Source: Planctomycetota bacterium (GTDB taxonomy: Bacteria > Planctomycetota > GCA-002687715 > DRQF01). Taken from it: DNA of 46,953 nt. The position numbers and the translations under genes are program-made. The notes under the pieces are model-generated. The model made no database searches. It saw only the letters and a list, made by a program, of their open reading frames with translations, and was not told where the DNA came from. Positions 1 through 8,875 of this stretch are shown here, piece after piece (positions within the stretch are counted from its first letter, which is position 1; the number at the start of each line of letters is the position of its first letter). The stretch spans positions 1 to 46,953 of the forward strand of contig JAZGFI010000195.1 of NCBI GenBank assembly GCA_036479435.1. The letters are read 5' to 3'.

Positions 1-127
1 GCTACGGTTTCTTCAAGCACGGCGTGTCCTTTCAGCCCACTTTGGGCGTTTCGGTTTTCAACTAACCGAGAGGATACGCCGCCTTTCGTACAGCCGGTCC
101 GAAACACAACTTTTGGTCATAACTCCC
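1..127 (-). mobile_element. Possible insertion-sequence end interrupting the ECF sigma gene; family not assignable
   Basis: Sigma-like similarity starts abruptly at ~128. On the minus strand the flank reads GGGAGTTATGACCAAAAGTTGTG..., then AAAGGA-CACGCC-GTG opens an ORF running off the window, a layout typical of an IS left end. The partner IR is not visible. Confidence 0.3.
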
Positions 128-391
128 CGTCAGAAGGTGCGCACTTACTTGAATCGCTTGTGCGGCGTGGTGAATCCGTCGGCCAGTTGCCGATGCCACA
201 AGCGAGCCCGGCCGGCGATGGCGCGCGGCAGGCTTGATCCGCGAGACCGAGAAGGTGCGATCAACCTAGCAGCCCTCCGTGAGAATATCGCTTCCATTGA
301 CGAGCTTAGTCGCGATTGGGCTTTCTATCGCGCCGACCCTCTAGTCAACTCGAGCCCCGAACTCATCGAAAGGGTGAGGACCAGCCTCTGA
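128..391 (+). pseudogene. C-terminal fragment of an ECF sigma factor with a Cys-rich C-terminal extension
   Basis: RQKVRTYLNRLCGVVNPSASCRCHKR matches the post-sigma4 CGxVNPxxxCRC extension of one ECF group. The in-frame sequence upstream is not sigma-like. Confidence 0.55.
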
Positions 392-726
392 CTGCAGTCT
401 TGACAATGTCGGATAGACGCCTGGCCCGCGAACCCTGTCTTACGCATTCAATCGTCACCCGTGCCAAACTCGACCATCGTCACCGCCTCGACTCAAGGCC
501 AAAGAGTCCGGGTCGCTGACAGCGAGCTTTGTCGAGTCCACGGAGGAGCTGCGATAGTCGGCGAATCCTCCCGACTCTAGAGCAGGCGGCAACTATCCTG
601 ACACCGAAGGCTAATTGCTGCCGAGTCTTGATCTCGAAATGGTAGAAAAGGAGTTCTTTGATGGCCGATGCGGGTCCAGACGTGGCGCGTGTCCGACGCT
701 TTGGTTCTAGTTGATCGGAGTTGGAT

Positions 727-2001
727 ATGAAGACCAAATCTCGCCGACTGTTTTTGACAGTACTCGCCTTTGTGGTCACTGGAGGATTGGCCGCAGCTCA
801 GGCACCGCAAGTCAATGGTTTCTTCAGCTCTTTGGCGATCGATGCGCCGGCTTCCGCTCAAGTCGGCGTTGTTCCCACCGCCGTCAATGCGATGACCGAT
901 TCGCCGGTTTCGGTAAATCTTCTAGCCCAATCCAACACCCCCGTCGTCTTGCTTTACTCAATCGGCGGGGCGGCTGGCTCGACGATCGACATCGCCTCTT
1001 TTGACGATTTCGGTGTTCAACTTGATCTGGCCGATGTTGGAAGCGCTGGATTTAGCGATCAGGTCATCGTCGACGGTTACGCGCGTCCCTTTCCAAATAC
1101 TTTTACCGACTCGACGGGAGTCTGGGACGCTACCTTTCGGATTCCCGCCTGTCCTTTCGTAAATGGGGCGGTCAGCTGCATCACCGTCCCGACTTTTGAA
1201 GTTTCGGTTCAAGCGCTCGTCCAAGATCCGACCAGCTCGCCTTTCAACATCTCAAGTACCGGGGCTGGGGTGGTGTCTTTCGTCAACTGCTATACCGAGT
1301 TTCCATTCGGACCGTTTACGACGACGCCGGCAGATAACAAATTCCTTTACAACTTTCCGAGCGGATTTACGTTTAGCTTCTACGGCAATAGTTACAGCAG
1401 CGTTTGGGTTTCTGAAAACGGCTACATTCAGTTCGGCACCGACGCTGGGATGAGCACGTTTTCGGTTGCTACGATGAGCTACATCAACAACGGCAATCCC
1501 AAGATCATGAGTTTTTTCACGGACATGGTGTTCTCACCTCAGCCAGCATTGACTCCTCGCATCTACGCTCAGTGTGTTGTCGAAAACAGCATCCGTAAAA
1601 TTAAGTTCGTGCACGAATTTCTGGAACAAATCGGCGGCCCGACGGGGACTCATGGAGGTCAGATCACGATTACGGAGCTGGGAGAGATTGCGGTGTACGT
1701 GGCGGGATACAACTCCTTCTCAGCCTATGGCACAGGTGTGGGAATTGTTGCAGGGCCTCACCCTATTGCTCAGCTTACGACTGCTTACGGCCGTGATCTT
1801 AGTGCTGACGTCGGCTTCGCGACAGTCTTAGGGGCGGGCGTGCCGGGCTTCGAATATTTTGATCACGGTACGACCCCCACCCCAAACCCGATTGACCTCA
1901 TCGGGATTGAGCAGTTCAACACTCACGGTGTTGGCCCTGGAATCACCTACATTCCGGATCCGGCCGTGTTGCCCTATACCCTTGGTTACGTCATTCTCTA
2001 G
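727..2001 (+). CDS. Secreted protein with a NIDO/nidogen-like beta domain
   Basis: GGAG RBS before the ATG at 727; signal peptide MKTKSRRLFLTVLAFVVTGGLAAA; motif FTFSFYGNSYSSVWVSENGYIQFG. Confidence 0.7.
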   Translation: MKTKSRRLFLTVLAFVVTGGLAAAQAPQVNGFFSSLAIDAPASAQVGVVPTAVNAMTDSPVSVNLLAQSNTPVVLLYSIGGAAGSTIDIASFDDFGVQLDLADVGSAGFSDQVIVDGYARPFPNTFTDSTGVWDATFRIPACPFVNGAVSCITVPTFEVSVQALVQDPTSSPFNISSTGAGVVSFVNCYTEFPFGPFTTTPADNKFLYNFPSGFTFSFYGNSYSSVWVSENGYIQFGTDAGMSTFSVATMSYINNGNPKIMSFFTDMVFSPQPALTPRIYAQCVVENSIRKIKFVHEFLEQIGGPTGTHGGQITITELGEIAVYVAGYNSFSAYGTGVGIVAGPHPIAQLTTAYGRDLSADVGFATVLGAGVPGFEYFDHGTTPTPNPIDLIGIEQFNTHGVGPGITYIPDPAVLPYTLGYVIL

Positions 2002-2108
2002 CTTGGCTCCGTTTTGTTGCTCGTTCGCGTTGCCCTCAATGCGTGGCGATGAACCGCCGAGTTGCCCTCATCTAAGTTGGCTGCTGACAGCCAAACTCTT
2101 GGGTCGAT

Positions 2109-2582
2109 TTAGGGTAGGTCTGCAGAACGGTAACGAAGCGTCAAGGTTGAGTCTTGTTTGTCGCTGTGCACAATCTGTACTCTGTAGTGCCTGCCATCGC
2201 TCGCGCGCACGGCGAAACACAGCCCCGTCTTAACCGTTGCTCTGTGTAGTCTTTTCTGCCAAGCGGAGCTCGGTCCGACTGGAGCATCGTAATTCTCTAG
2301 CTCCGCAACAACTGTGTCGTCGCCCGTGTGAGTGGCTCCTTCGAAGCTACTCGTCAGGCCGCAAACCTCCGGATCACCGGGCTCAATCCAAAGGTCGGCA
2401 TGGGTAACAAAGCCCTCGAGACTTCGAGGAACTGGAGTCACTTCACCGGTTCTTAGGGATAGAAACACCGCCGGGTACCCCCCGAAGTCGGCGCTTGTGA
2501 TCGAAATCGTTTTCTCTGCCTGAGGCACCTGACCCTCGGTGCACCCCAGCAAACCAAGCGCTAGCAGCAGTACTACTCTCAT
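2109..2582 (-). CDS. Hypothetical lipoprotein
   Basis: AAGGAG RBS; MRVVLLLALGLLGC lipobox; 157 aa. Confidence 0.7.
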   Translation of the reverse strand: MRVVLLLALGLLGCTEGQVPQAEKTISITSADFGGYPAVFLSLRTGEVTPVPRSLEGFVTHADLWIEPGDPEVCGLTSSFEGATHTGDDTVVAELENYDAPVGPSSAWQKRLHRATVKTGLCFAVRASDGRHYRVQIVHSDKQDSTLTLRYRSADLP

Positions 2583-2989
2583 GTCTTGTCTCCTTCAGGT
2601 TCGACAGCATACGGTGCTCGGTACACCCTGCCTCAGTTTTACCTACTGGTTTCGTGTCAACTTTGAAGTAACGCGCCATCGGCCTAACGCCGCGCTTCTC
2701 GACTCATCGGTTTAGCTACCGAAACGCAGCCCGTTGCCTCATCAAGATGTTACCGGATTCTGAATTGCCGAATGCGGATAATGGCTGCAAAGGCAAAGGC
2801 GCCAAGAAGTTCCTTTTCGCTCGAAGTTAGCTTGGGTTCGGGTCGCGGTCTGGGCTGCCCTGGAAGCTATGCGCGGCCGCGGGCTTCTTCGGTAACTTTC
2901 TCGGATGAGGCAGCACGATGGAGAGTGCTAATTGTCGCTGAACAGCAAGGACGATACCGCTATTCAGCCAAAGACGGGGGTTCTGTTCG

Positions 2990-3180
2990 AATCGTCTTGG
3001 GGGAGCGTCGGTACGGTTGTCATCTACACCGCCTTCGCATGGTCGCAGGCCGAGGCGGCGCGAGCCACAATGTTCGAGCTGGCGGAGAAGCATCGTGTTG
3101 GCTTCTTCGACGTAAGCAGCGAGGATGGTGGTGTCTGGTTCGCCGCAAGCGAGGGCGGCCACACGAGAGCACCGTGGTGA
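2990..3180 (+). pseudogene. C-terminal fragment of a conserved hypothetical protein (cassette-like)
   Basis: VIYTAFAWSQAEAARATMFELAEKHRVGFFDVSS resembles the C-terminus of a widespread hypothetical family. No credible start; followed by an attC-like remnant. The 5' boundary is approximate. Confidence 0.4.
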
Positions 3181-3194
3181 GCAACTTGAGAGGT

Positions 3195-3256
3195 GCCCAA
3201 TTAGCCGATGCAGCCGACGGCCCTGGGCGCCGCAGCCGACCCGGCATTCGTTAACC
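3195..3256 (+). other. Degenerate integron attC-like site
   Basis: GCCCAAT...GCCGATGCAGCCGACGGC...GCCGCAGCCGACCCGGC...GTTAACC. Each end has one mismatch to RYYYAAC or GTTRRRY, and the internal arms are imperfectly complementary. Confidence 0.4.
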
Positions 3257-3309
3257 GGGCGAGAAGTATACTCAGAAGCAATCTCTTTGCGTGGAGGGCC
3301 CTGGGGGAT

Positions 3310-3756
3310 AGAAACCCTGAGTCGCCAGCTTCCACCAAGGGGATCTATCGCAAGTTTCCGCGAGGCATTTGGGTGCTGGGATTTGTCTCGATGTTGGTGT
3401 TCGGACTTGGGGTCCTCGTCGCCGCTAATGTCGTGTTGGCGATGGCTGCGTCGCCTTGGATCGCATTCCTTGGCGCGGCTTTCTGGGGCCTGCACATGGC
3501 CTTCACCCAAGGGTTGCTCTCGAAAATGATTGCCGATACGGCACCTCCTGAGCTTCGCGGCACGGCCTTCGGGGTTTTCAATTTGGCAAGTAGCGGAGCG
3601 CTTTTGCTGGCAAGCGTCATCGCGGGGTCATTGTGGAGCGCATTCAGTGCCTCGGCCACGTTTGTTGCCGGAGCATCGTTCGCAGCTCTCGCGGCAATGG
3701 GGTTGCTCCTTTACCGCCCTAATCCGCAAGCTGAGGGGCACACCGCCAAGAGATGA
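3310..3756 (+). pseudogene. Internally deleted MFS transporter
   Basis: The N-terminal MFS motif PRGIWVLGFVSML is joined at ~3396 directly to C-terminal helices (WGLHMAFTQGLLSKMIADTAPPELRGTAFGVFNL). About 150 aa remain versus ~400 aa expected. Start is approximate. Confidence 0.7.
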
Positions 3757-4187
3757 AATTCGGGATCCTCCATGTCTTCGGACTGGCTGCGTTGTGCCTG
3801 GGAGTCTATTTGGTTTGGGGCTGGTTTCAGGGCCCCCCTTTTCCAAGTGAATTGACTTGGAGCGAAGGCACGGTCACCTCCCGCGAAGTGCACCACAACC
3901 AAAACACAAGGAGCATCCGCCTCACCATTTCCGGCCAAACAAATGCCTTCACCCACTCTCGTGACATGCCCGGGAACAAGACTCTCAGCGAAACGATCCC
4001 TGAGGGCCTCCCGGTCCGCCTTCTCTACGACCCCGAGCAAGACGCACGATTTAAGAGGACCTATGGCCTTGAGGCCCACGGGACGACTGTCATTGCCCTT
4101 GATGAAATGCTCGACTGGGACCGCAACAATCGCCTCGTTGGCCTTGTCGTCGGCGTGATGTTGCTGGTGATCATGGGGCTCGCCTGA
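3753..4187 (+). CDS. Small membrane protein (DUF3592-like, two TM segments)
   Basis: N- and C-terminal hydrophobic helices flank EGTVTSREV...VRLLYDP; ATGA overlap with the MFS remnant. Confidence 0.55.
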   Translation: MKFGILHVFGLAALCLGVYLVWGWFQGPPFPSELTWSEGTVTSREVHHNQNTRSIRLTISGQTNAFTHSRDMPGNKTLSETIPEGLPVRLLYDPEQDARFKRTYGLEAHGTTVIALDEMLDWDRNNRLVGLVVGVMLLVIMGLA

Positions 4188-4401
4188 TCCTTTAGCTCGC
4201 GAGGAAGCGCTGAGGGTCGGCTCGGCTGAACAAGACGCATGGATCTAGAGGATTTCCACTTCGGGGACGATTCCGCTCAGCGCCTTCAACTAAACGGACA
4301 TTCCAGGAGTCGTCGGTGTCGGTGGTCACTCCAGCCGTTCATGCGGCAAGGCCTCCCGGCTCCTGATTCTTAGAGAACAGTGTTGATTGGGCATACGTCA
4401 T

Positions 4402-5094
4402 ATGAAGTCACTTGCTGCCGTCCTCTTCGCCCTGCTATTGGTCTTCGCCGTTGGCTTCGCATGCCGAGGAGGACCGACAAGTGATCAACACGTTACTTCG
4501 CCTGAACGCGTCTTGGTTGGACAAGTGTTGCTACCAAACGGTACCGGCAGCCGCGGAGTTGAGATTAGGGCAACGGTTGCGGCGACCGATAGTGAGCCTC
4601 GCGTCGTATGGGTGCTGTTCGACGAGCAAGGGCACTTCGCCCTCCCCTTCCGAGGAAGCCTGACTAAAGTGAGCGTAACGGCGGGGCCCGGGGCCGAGGT
4701 GCACCGCATTGTCGCCGACGAGTTTCCCCAGGATAGCCGGGCGGGCCAGATCGATTTGGGCGTGATCGACCTGCGCGATCGCTTGAAAAAGCACCGCATA
4801 GTCGTGCGTGCGGCCAGCGGAAAACCAGCGGGTGACATACGAGTCGCTATGTGGTCGAGTCCGCCTCCGCTTGGCCCGGGCGGCGGTCCCGTTTCCCTTG
4901 GGTCCAGGCAGTTTCCCACGGTTGCCTTGGGTGACGAGCAGGAATGGCTGCTTCCGAGCAATGTACAATCGATCTACTTTTTGGTCGAACGCCCCTCCGG
5001 CCCCGAACGGGGCAGAAAATGGCGCAGCGGGCACCAGCGCCTCTTCGGTCCTTTCAGCTCGGCGAAGGTGCCAACTGAACTCATCATGGATTGA
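4402..5094 (+). CDS. Hypothetical lipoprotein
   Basis: MKSLAAVLFALLLVFAVGFAC lipoprotein signal; beta-rich body. Confidence 0.65.
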   Translation: MKSLAAVLFALLLVFAVGFACRGGPTSDQHVTSPERVLVGQVLLPNGTGSRGVEIRATVAATDSEPRVVWVLFDEQGHFALPFRGSLTKVSVTAGPGAEVHRIVADEFPQDSRAGQIDLGVIDLRDRLKKHRIVVRAASGKPAGDIRVAMWSSPPPLGPGGGPVSLGSRQFPTVALGDEQEWLLPSNVQSIYFLVERPSGPERGRKWRSGHQRLFGPFSSAKVPTELIMD

Positions 5095-5157
5095 GTTGAG
5101 GGTGGCTCTTGTTCTGTCAGGACACGCTGGCTTCGCCTCAACGGCTCGAAATTCAGA

Positions 5158-5625
5158 TCAGGGGCTTAGGAACGCGATCGGGGTTGCCGTGGCGATTTCG
5201 AGGAAGTCGGGATCGCTGATGTCGAGGCGGAAAGAAGCTAGGCCTGCAGTGGGGAGACCGATGGGACGGCCGGCGGCCCAACTTGTGGCGAGTTGTGAGA
5301 GGCCGGGGTTGTGACCGACGATCATGAGTTCGCGAGTTGTGCGGGGGGTCTTGGCGAGGACCTGGAGTATTTCGGAGTGAGTTGCGAGGTAGAGCTCGGG
5401 CGTTGAAGTCCAGGGTAGGCAGTCGAGGTGTGAGCGGACGATTTCGGCGCTTTGTTGGCAGCGCTGCGCGTGGCTGGCGAGGATGGTGAGTTCGGCGACG
5501 CGTTCGGGGCGGAATTGGGATAGGACGAGTCGGAGTTCGTCGGCCCCGTCACCGCTTAGCGTGCGGTCTAAGTCTGGGCCTCCGAAATCTGAGTTGCCGT
5601 GGCGTAGCAGGTGAACGGTTAGCAT
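5158..5625 (-). CDS. sixA: Phosphohistidine phosphatase SixA-like (histidine phosphatase family)
   Basis: LLRHG, RCQQSA and IVGHNPG motifs; the ATG at 5625 with AAGGA overlaps the trmO stop. Confidence 0.85.
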   Translation of the reverse strand: MLTVHLLRHGNSDFGGPDLDRTLSGDGADELRLVLSQFRPERVAELTILASHAQRCQQSAEIVRSHLDCLPWTSTPELYLATHSEILQVLAKTPRTTRELMIVGHNPGLSQLATSWAAGRPIGLPTAGLASFRLDISDPDFLEIATATPIAFLSP

Positions 5626-6386
5626 TCCTTTTTGGGCTCCAGTACGCGGCGGAGGATCGCGCGGTCTTTTTGTACTTCCCAATGTAGATCGCAGCCGAGG
5701 ATTCGCGCGGCGAATTTTTGAATTTCGGTACGCTTTCGATCCCAGGCGGGGCGCGGGTCGCTCGCGATGATCTTGCTCAAGAGCACTTCGTCGCTCGCTG
5801 CGGTTTCGGGCCGGAGGCGGCGTAAGTCGTCGCGCGCGGCAGCGTCGATCTCGACGGAGTTCAAGGGCAAAGGCGGTTCGGGGGCGAATCCGGCGCGCGC
5901 GTCGGGGATCGATTCGACCCAGGGGAGGTAGGGCTTTAGATCTAGAATGGGCGTGCCGTTGACGAGGTCTACGCCTCCCAATTCGAGGAGACCGCTGGCG
6001 GCGTCGACCCTTTCAATTTTGACCAGCGACAAGCCAATGGGATTGGGCCTAAAGCCGCTTCGAGTGGCAAAGACGCCGCGACGTTCTTCGCCACCGAGCC
6101 GCGGCGGCCTTACGGTCGGGCGAAACTCTGCCTGTGGTTTGATGAGGTGAAACACAAACAACAACCATAGGTGCGAAAAGCCCTCGAGGCCGCGCAAGGC
6201 GGCCGGATTGTTGTAGGGCTCACAGAACTTGACGCGGCCGATGACTTCGGGGACCAGTCCCGGCTGACGCGGTACGCCGAACTTTTCGTCGAAAGGCGTC
6301 TCAAGCCTAGCGATGGCTTCGAAAGTGAAAGACGATGAGGGCGTCACGGCGAAGGATGTCCTGTTGCAGCAAATTGGCCCGTTCAT
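5619..6386 (-). CDS. trmO: tRNA m6t6A37 methyltransferase TrmO/TsaA
   Basis: EKFGVPRQPGLV, GLEGFSHLWLLFVFH, RPPRLGG..GVFATRSGFRPNPIGLS, GTPILDLKPY and DPRP motifs. Start is ATG 6386 or GTG 6347. Confidence 0.93.
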   Translation of the reverse strand: MNGPICCNRTSFAVTPSSSFTFEAIARLETPFDEKFGVPRQPGLVPEVIGRVKFCEPYNNPAALRGLEGFSHLWLLFVFHLIKPQAEFRPTVRPPRLGGEERRGVFATRSGFRPNPIGLSLVKIERVDAASGLLELGGVDLVNGTPILDLKPYLPWVESIPDARAGFAPEPPLPLNSVEIDAAARDDLRRLRPETAASDEVLLSKIIASDPRPAWDRKRTEIQKFAARILGCDLHWEVQKDRAILRRVLEPKKEC

Positions 6387-6503
6387 GATCTCATGACTGG
6401 GGCATTTTGAAAACGACGCTCTCACCAGATGGCGGAATGGTAGGGTGACCGTTACAGGTGCAGCGCGTAAATCACCGTTTCATTCTGGCTATGGTCAGGG
6501 ACC

Positions 6504-8072
6504 ATGTCTGATTCAAAACCCCGCCAAAAACTCTGGTTCTCGGCCATCCTTGCCTTTTTGGCCTTGGCGTTCTTGTTTGGAACGCTGTGGTCAGAGCGCA
6601 ACGACCCCTTTGATCGATCAATGGGGGCCGGAATCAGCGCCCGCTATTCCGGGATGGTCTGTCGGGGATACGAAACCTTCGGACTGAAGGAGCGCTTGGG
6701 GGCGCCCCTGCTCTTTTTTCAGCCCGGGCGTCCGGAATCCGCTTGGCCCTATCTGAACCACCCGACGCTTCCCTACCTTTATACTTTTACTTTTTACCAC
6801 CGCGACCCAAGCGTTCGAGGGCTCAACTACTCAAGCGCCGTGTTGCTGGTCCTTGCGATCGGCGGCTTGCTTGTGCTCGGTCGTTTGACCAAAGGAAGAT
6901 CGGCAACATTCTACAGCTTGGCGATTTTTGCCCTCATGCCCGCGGTCTTGCAGCACGGAAGGATGATCGACGCGATCGTACACGCCATGGCGTTTTTGCC
7001 CTGGGGTTTTGTGGCTTGGTGGCGAGTCCGCCAGAGCAGCGGGGGCACGGGCTGGAAGGCCTTTTTCTTCACCTCGCTCTTGGGCGGCCTTATCGACTGG
7101 TTCTGCTATCTGCTCGTCATCGTTTTTTGGCTCGACATCTTGTTGCGGCGCCAAAGATTTCAACGCCCCTGGAGGACCGCCTTCTACGCGGGCCTGCCCT
7201 ACGGCATCGCCCTCATCAGCTACTTGCTCTGGCTTTTTTGGCTTTCGGCCGCCGAAGAACCGATGGGCACCAGGCTTTCATGGTTGATGTCCGTGGTGAC
7301 CAGCGACGACGGAGGTGGTCATGGCACGAGTCTGTCCGGCTGGCTCACGGTCATGAATCAATGGTTCCAACAAGGAGCTGGACCTTGGATCATCGGCTTG
7401 GCCGGACTGGGTGCGGGTCTGGCCCTTTCGCCCTGGCGCAACGATTTTGCCTACGCCGCATTCTTGCTGTTTGCCGCAGGTCTTTTTTCGTCCTGCCTTT
7501 TCTACGCCCGCGCCATGACGCACGACTTTTGGATCATCCCTGCGCTTCCCGGTTTGGCCATGCTGGCGGCCGTTCCGCTTCGGATGGCCACTGAAGCCGC
7601 CCACCGCCATCGTTCGGGGTGGACGCAAGGACTGTTGTGGTTGGCCATTGCGGCTCTGCTGTTCACGCAAGCCCAACGAGCGAAGACTTTTCACGCGCGC
7701 TTCGCCGATGATGACTCCCAAGCAGTCGCGTCTTGGATTGACGAGCGCCTCGGCAACGACGCGATCCTCATCACCAACATCGATTCGCACAGCGTTCGGT
7801 ATTACGCCCAGACTCCAATCTTGCCGCTGTTCCACGGGCACGACGGGTTCCTCGAAGCGGTAAACTACTTGCTACCAGGCCTCGAAAAAGACGCCCAGAT
7901 TTGGCTGGGGTCGCCAAGGATGGACCCCAAGCAAATGCACCTCGCTCAGACTTTGCCGGTAATTCCCGGCACCATCGAATTCAGATCAACCGTGCACGGG
8001 GCGTTCTTGATCTGCCGTATGGACAAAAAGAAACTCCTCAAACAGGTCGAGGAGTGGAGAGCGCGTCAATGA
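6504..8072 (+). CDS. GT-C (ArnT/PMT-like) multi-pass membrane glycosyltransferase
   Basis: YLNHPTL loop motif, about 11 hydrophobic segments, periplasmic C-terminal domain with SVRYYA. Confidence 0.65.
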   Translation: MSDSKPRQKLWFSAILAFLALAFLFGTLWSERNDPFDRSMGAGISARYSGMVCRGYETFGLKERLGAPLLFFQPGRPESAWPYLNHPTLPYLYTFTFYHRDPSVRGLNYSSAVLLVLAIGGLLVLGRLTKGRSATFYSLAIFALMPAVLQHGRMIDAIVHAMAFLPWGFVAWWRVRQSSGGTGWKAFFFTSLLGGLIDWFCYLLVIVFWLDILLRRQRFQRPWRTAFYAGLPYGIALISYLLWLFWLSAAEEPMGTRLSWLMSVVTSDDGGGHGTSLSGWLTVMNQWFQQGAGPWIIGLAGLGAGLALSPWRNDFAYAAFLLFAAGLFSSCLFYARAMTHDFWIIPALPGLAMLAAVPLRMATEAAHRHRSGWTQGLLWLAIAALLFTQAQRAKTFHARFADDDSQAVASWIDERLGNDAILITNIDSHSVRYYAQTPILPLFHGHDGFLEAVNYLLPGLEKDAQIWLGSPRMDPKQMHLAQTLPVIPGTIEFRSTVHGAFLICRMDKKKLLKQVEEWRARQ

Positions 8073-8800
8073 CTTTGAGCACCGACTCGTAGGACTTCTT
8101 CCGGGGTCTGCCAAGCCTCGCGAAGCCGGGCTTCAACTAAGGCCGACAGTTCGGCCGGGGGCATGCTCTTGATCGAGATCGGTTCGAGTGCCTCCATGGT
8201 CATGGGGGCACGCGTGATCCAGGGGATAAAGCGCTTTGACCGCTTGCCATAATTCAAGGCAACCGGGACGACCGTGACATCGATGCCCTCTTCGTCGGCG
8301 AGCCGCCGCGCTTCCGTCAGCTCATGCGTCGACTTGAAGTTCCGTAGGCGCTCCGTCTCACGAGTTCCTTCCGGAAAAAAGCAGTAGGTCTCATTGGCAC
8401 GCAAGATACCCGCCCGCCTCGCGTCCGCTTTGGCGTTGGCTTTCGCCATGATCTCTCTTAGCTGCTCCCTGGTTTGGGACCCGGTTTTTCGAAGACGCAG
8501 CAAGTCCTTGGGCCGCATGACGCTGAAACCACCAAGGTTGTTCAATAGCCAACTGACTTGGCCCAGCCAGGCATAACCGTGAAAACTCGCCATCTCGAAG
8601 GAGACCATTCGCTTGGCGTGCCGGCGAGTGATTTGTCCTAGCATCGGGATGTCCCAATAGTAGCAGTGCTTTGAGACCCAGATGACCGGTCCTTCAAGCT
8701 GCAAGGGAGGGGTGAGGTGGCGCGTGCGGTAACAGCTTGCCGCCAAAGACCGCAAGACCCCGTAAGCGATCCACCAAAGAATGAGATTGGGACGAGTCAC
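8066..8800 (-). CDS. Lysophospholipid acyltransferase (PlsC family)
   Basis: HxxxxD (KHCYYWD), FFPEGTR and VVPVAL motifs. Confidence 0.85.
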   Translation of the reverse strand: MTRPNLILWWIAYGVLRSLAASCYRTRHLTPPLQLEGPVIWVSKHCYYWDIPMLGQITRRHAKRMVSFEMASFHGYAWLGQVSWLLNNLGGFSVMRPKDLLRLRKTGSQTREQLREIMAKANAKADARRAGILRANETYCFFPEGTRETERLRNFKSTHELTEARRLADEEGIDVTVVPVALNYGKRSKRFIPWITRAPMTMEALEPISIKSMPPAELSALVEARLREAWQTPEEVLRVGAQSH

Positions 8801-8875
8801 GCCCCCATTTTTACGGGCCGTACCGCCACCGCAAGAGCGGGCGAGATTTACCGCGAATCTTGTCGGAAAAGACCG

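Noticed and set aside
6743..7594. 283-aa alternate-frame ORF and the many similar antisense or shadow ORFs
   Set aside because: They lie within well-supported genes, have Arg/Pro-rich composition typical of GC-rich off-frames, and show no motifs.
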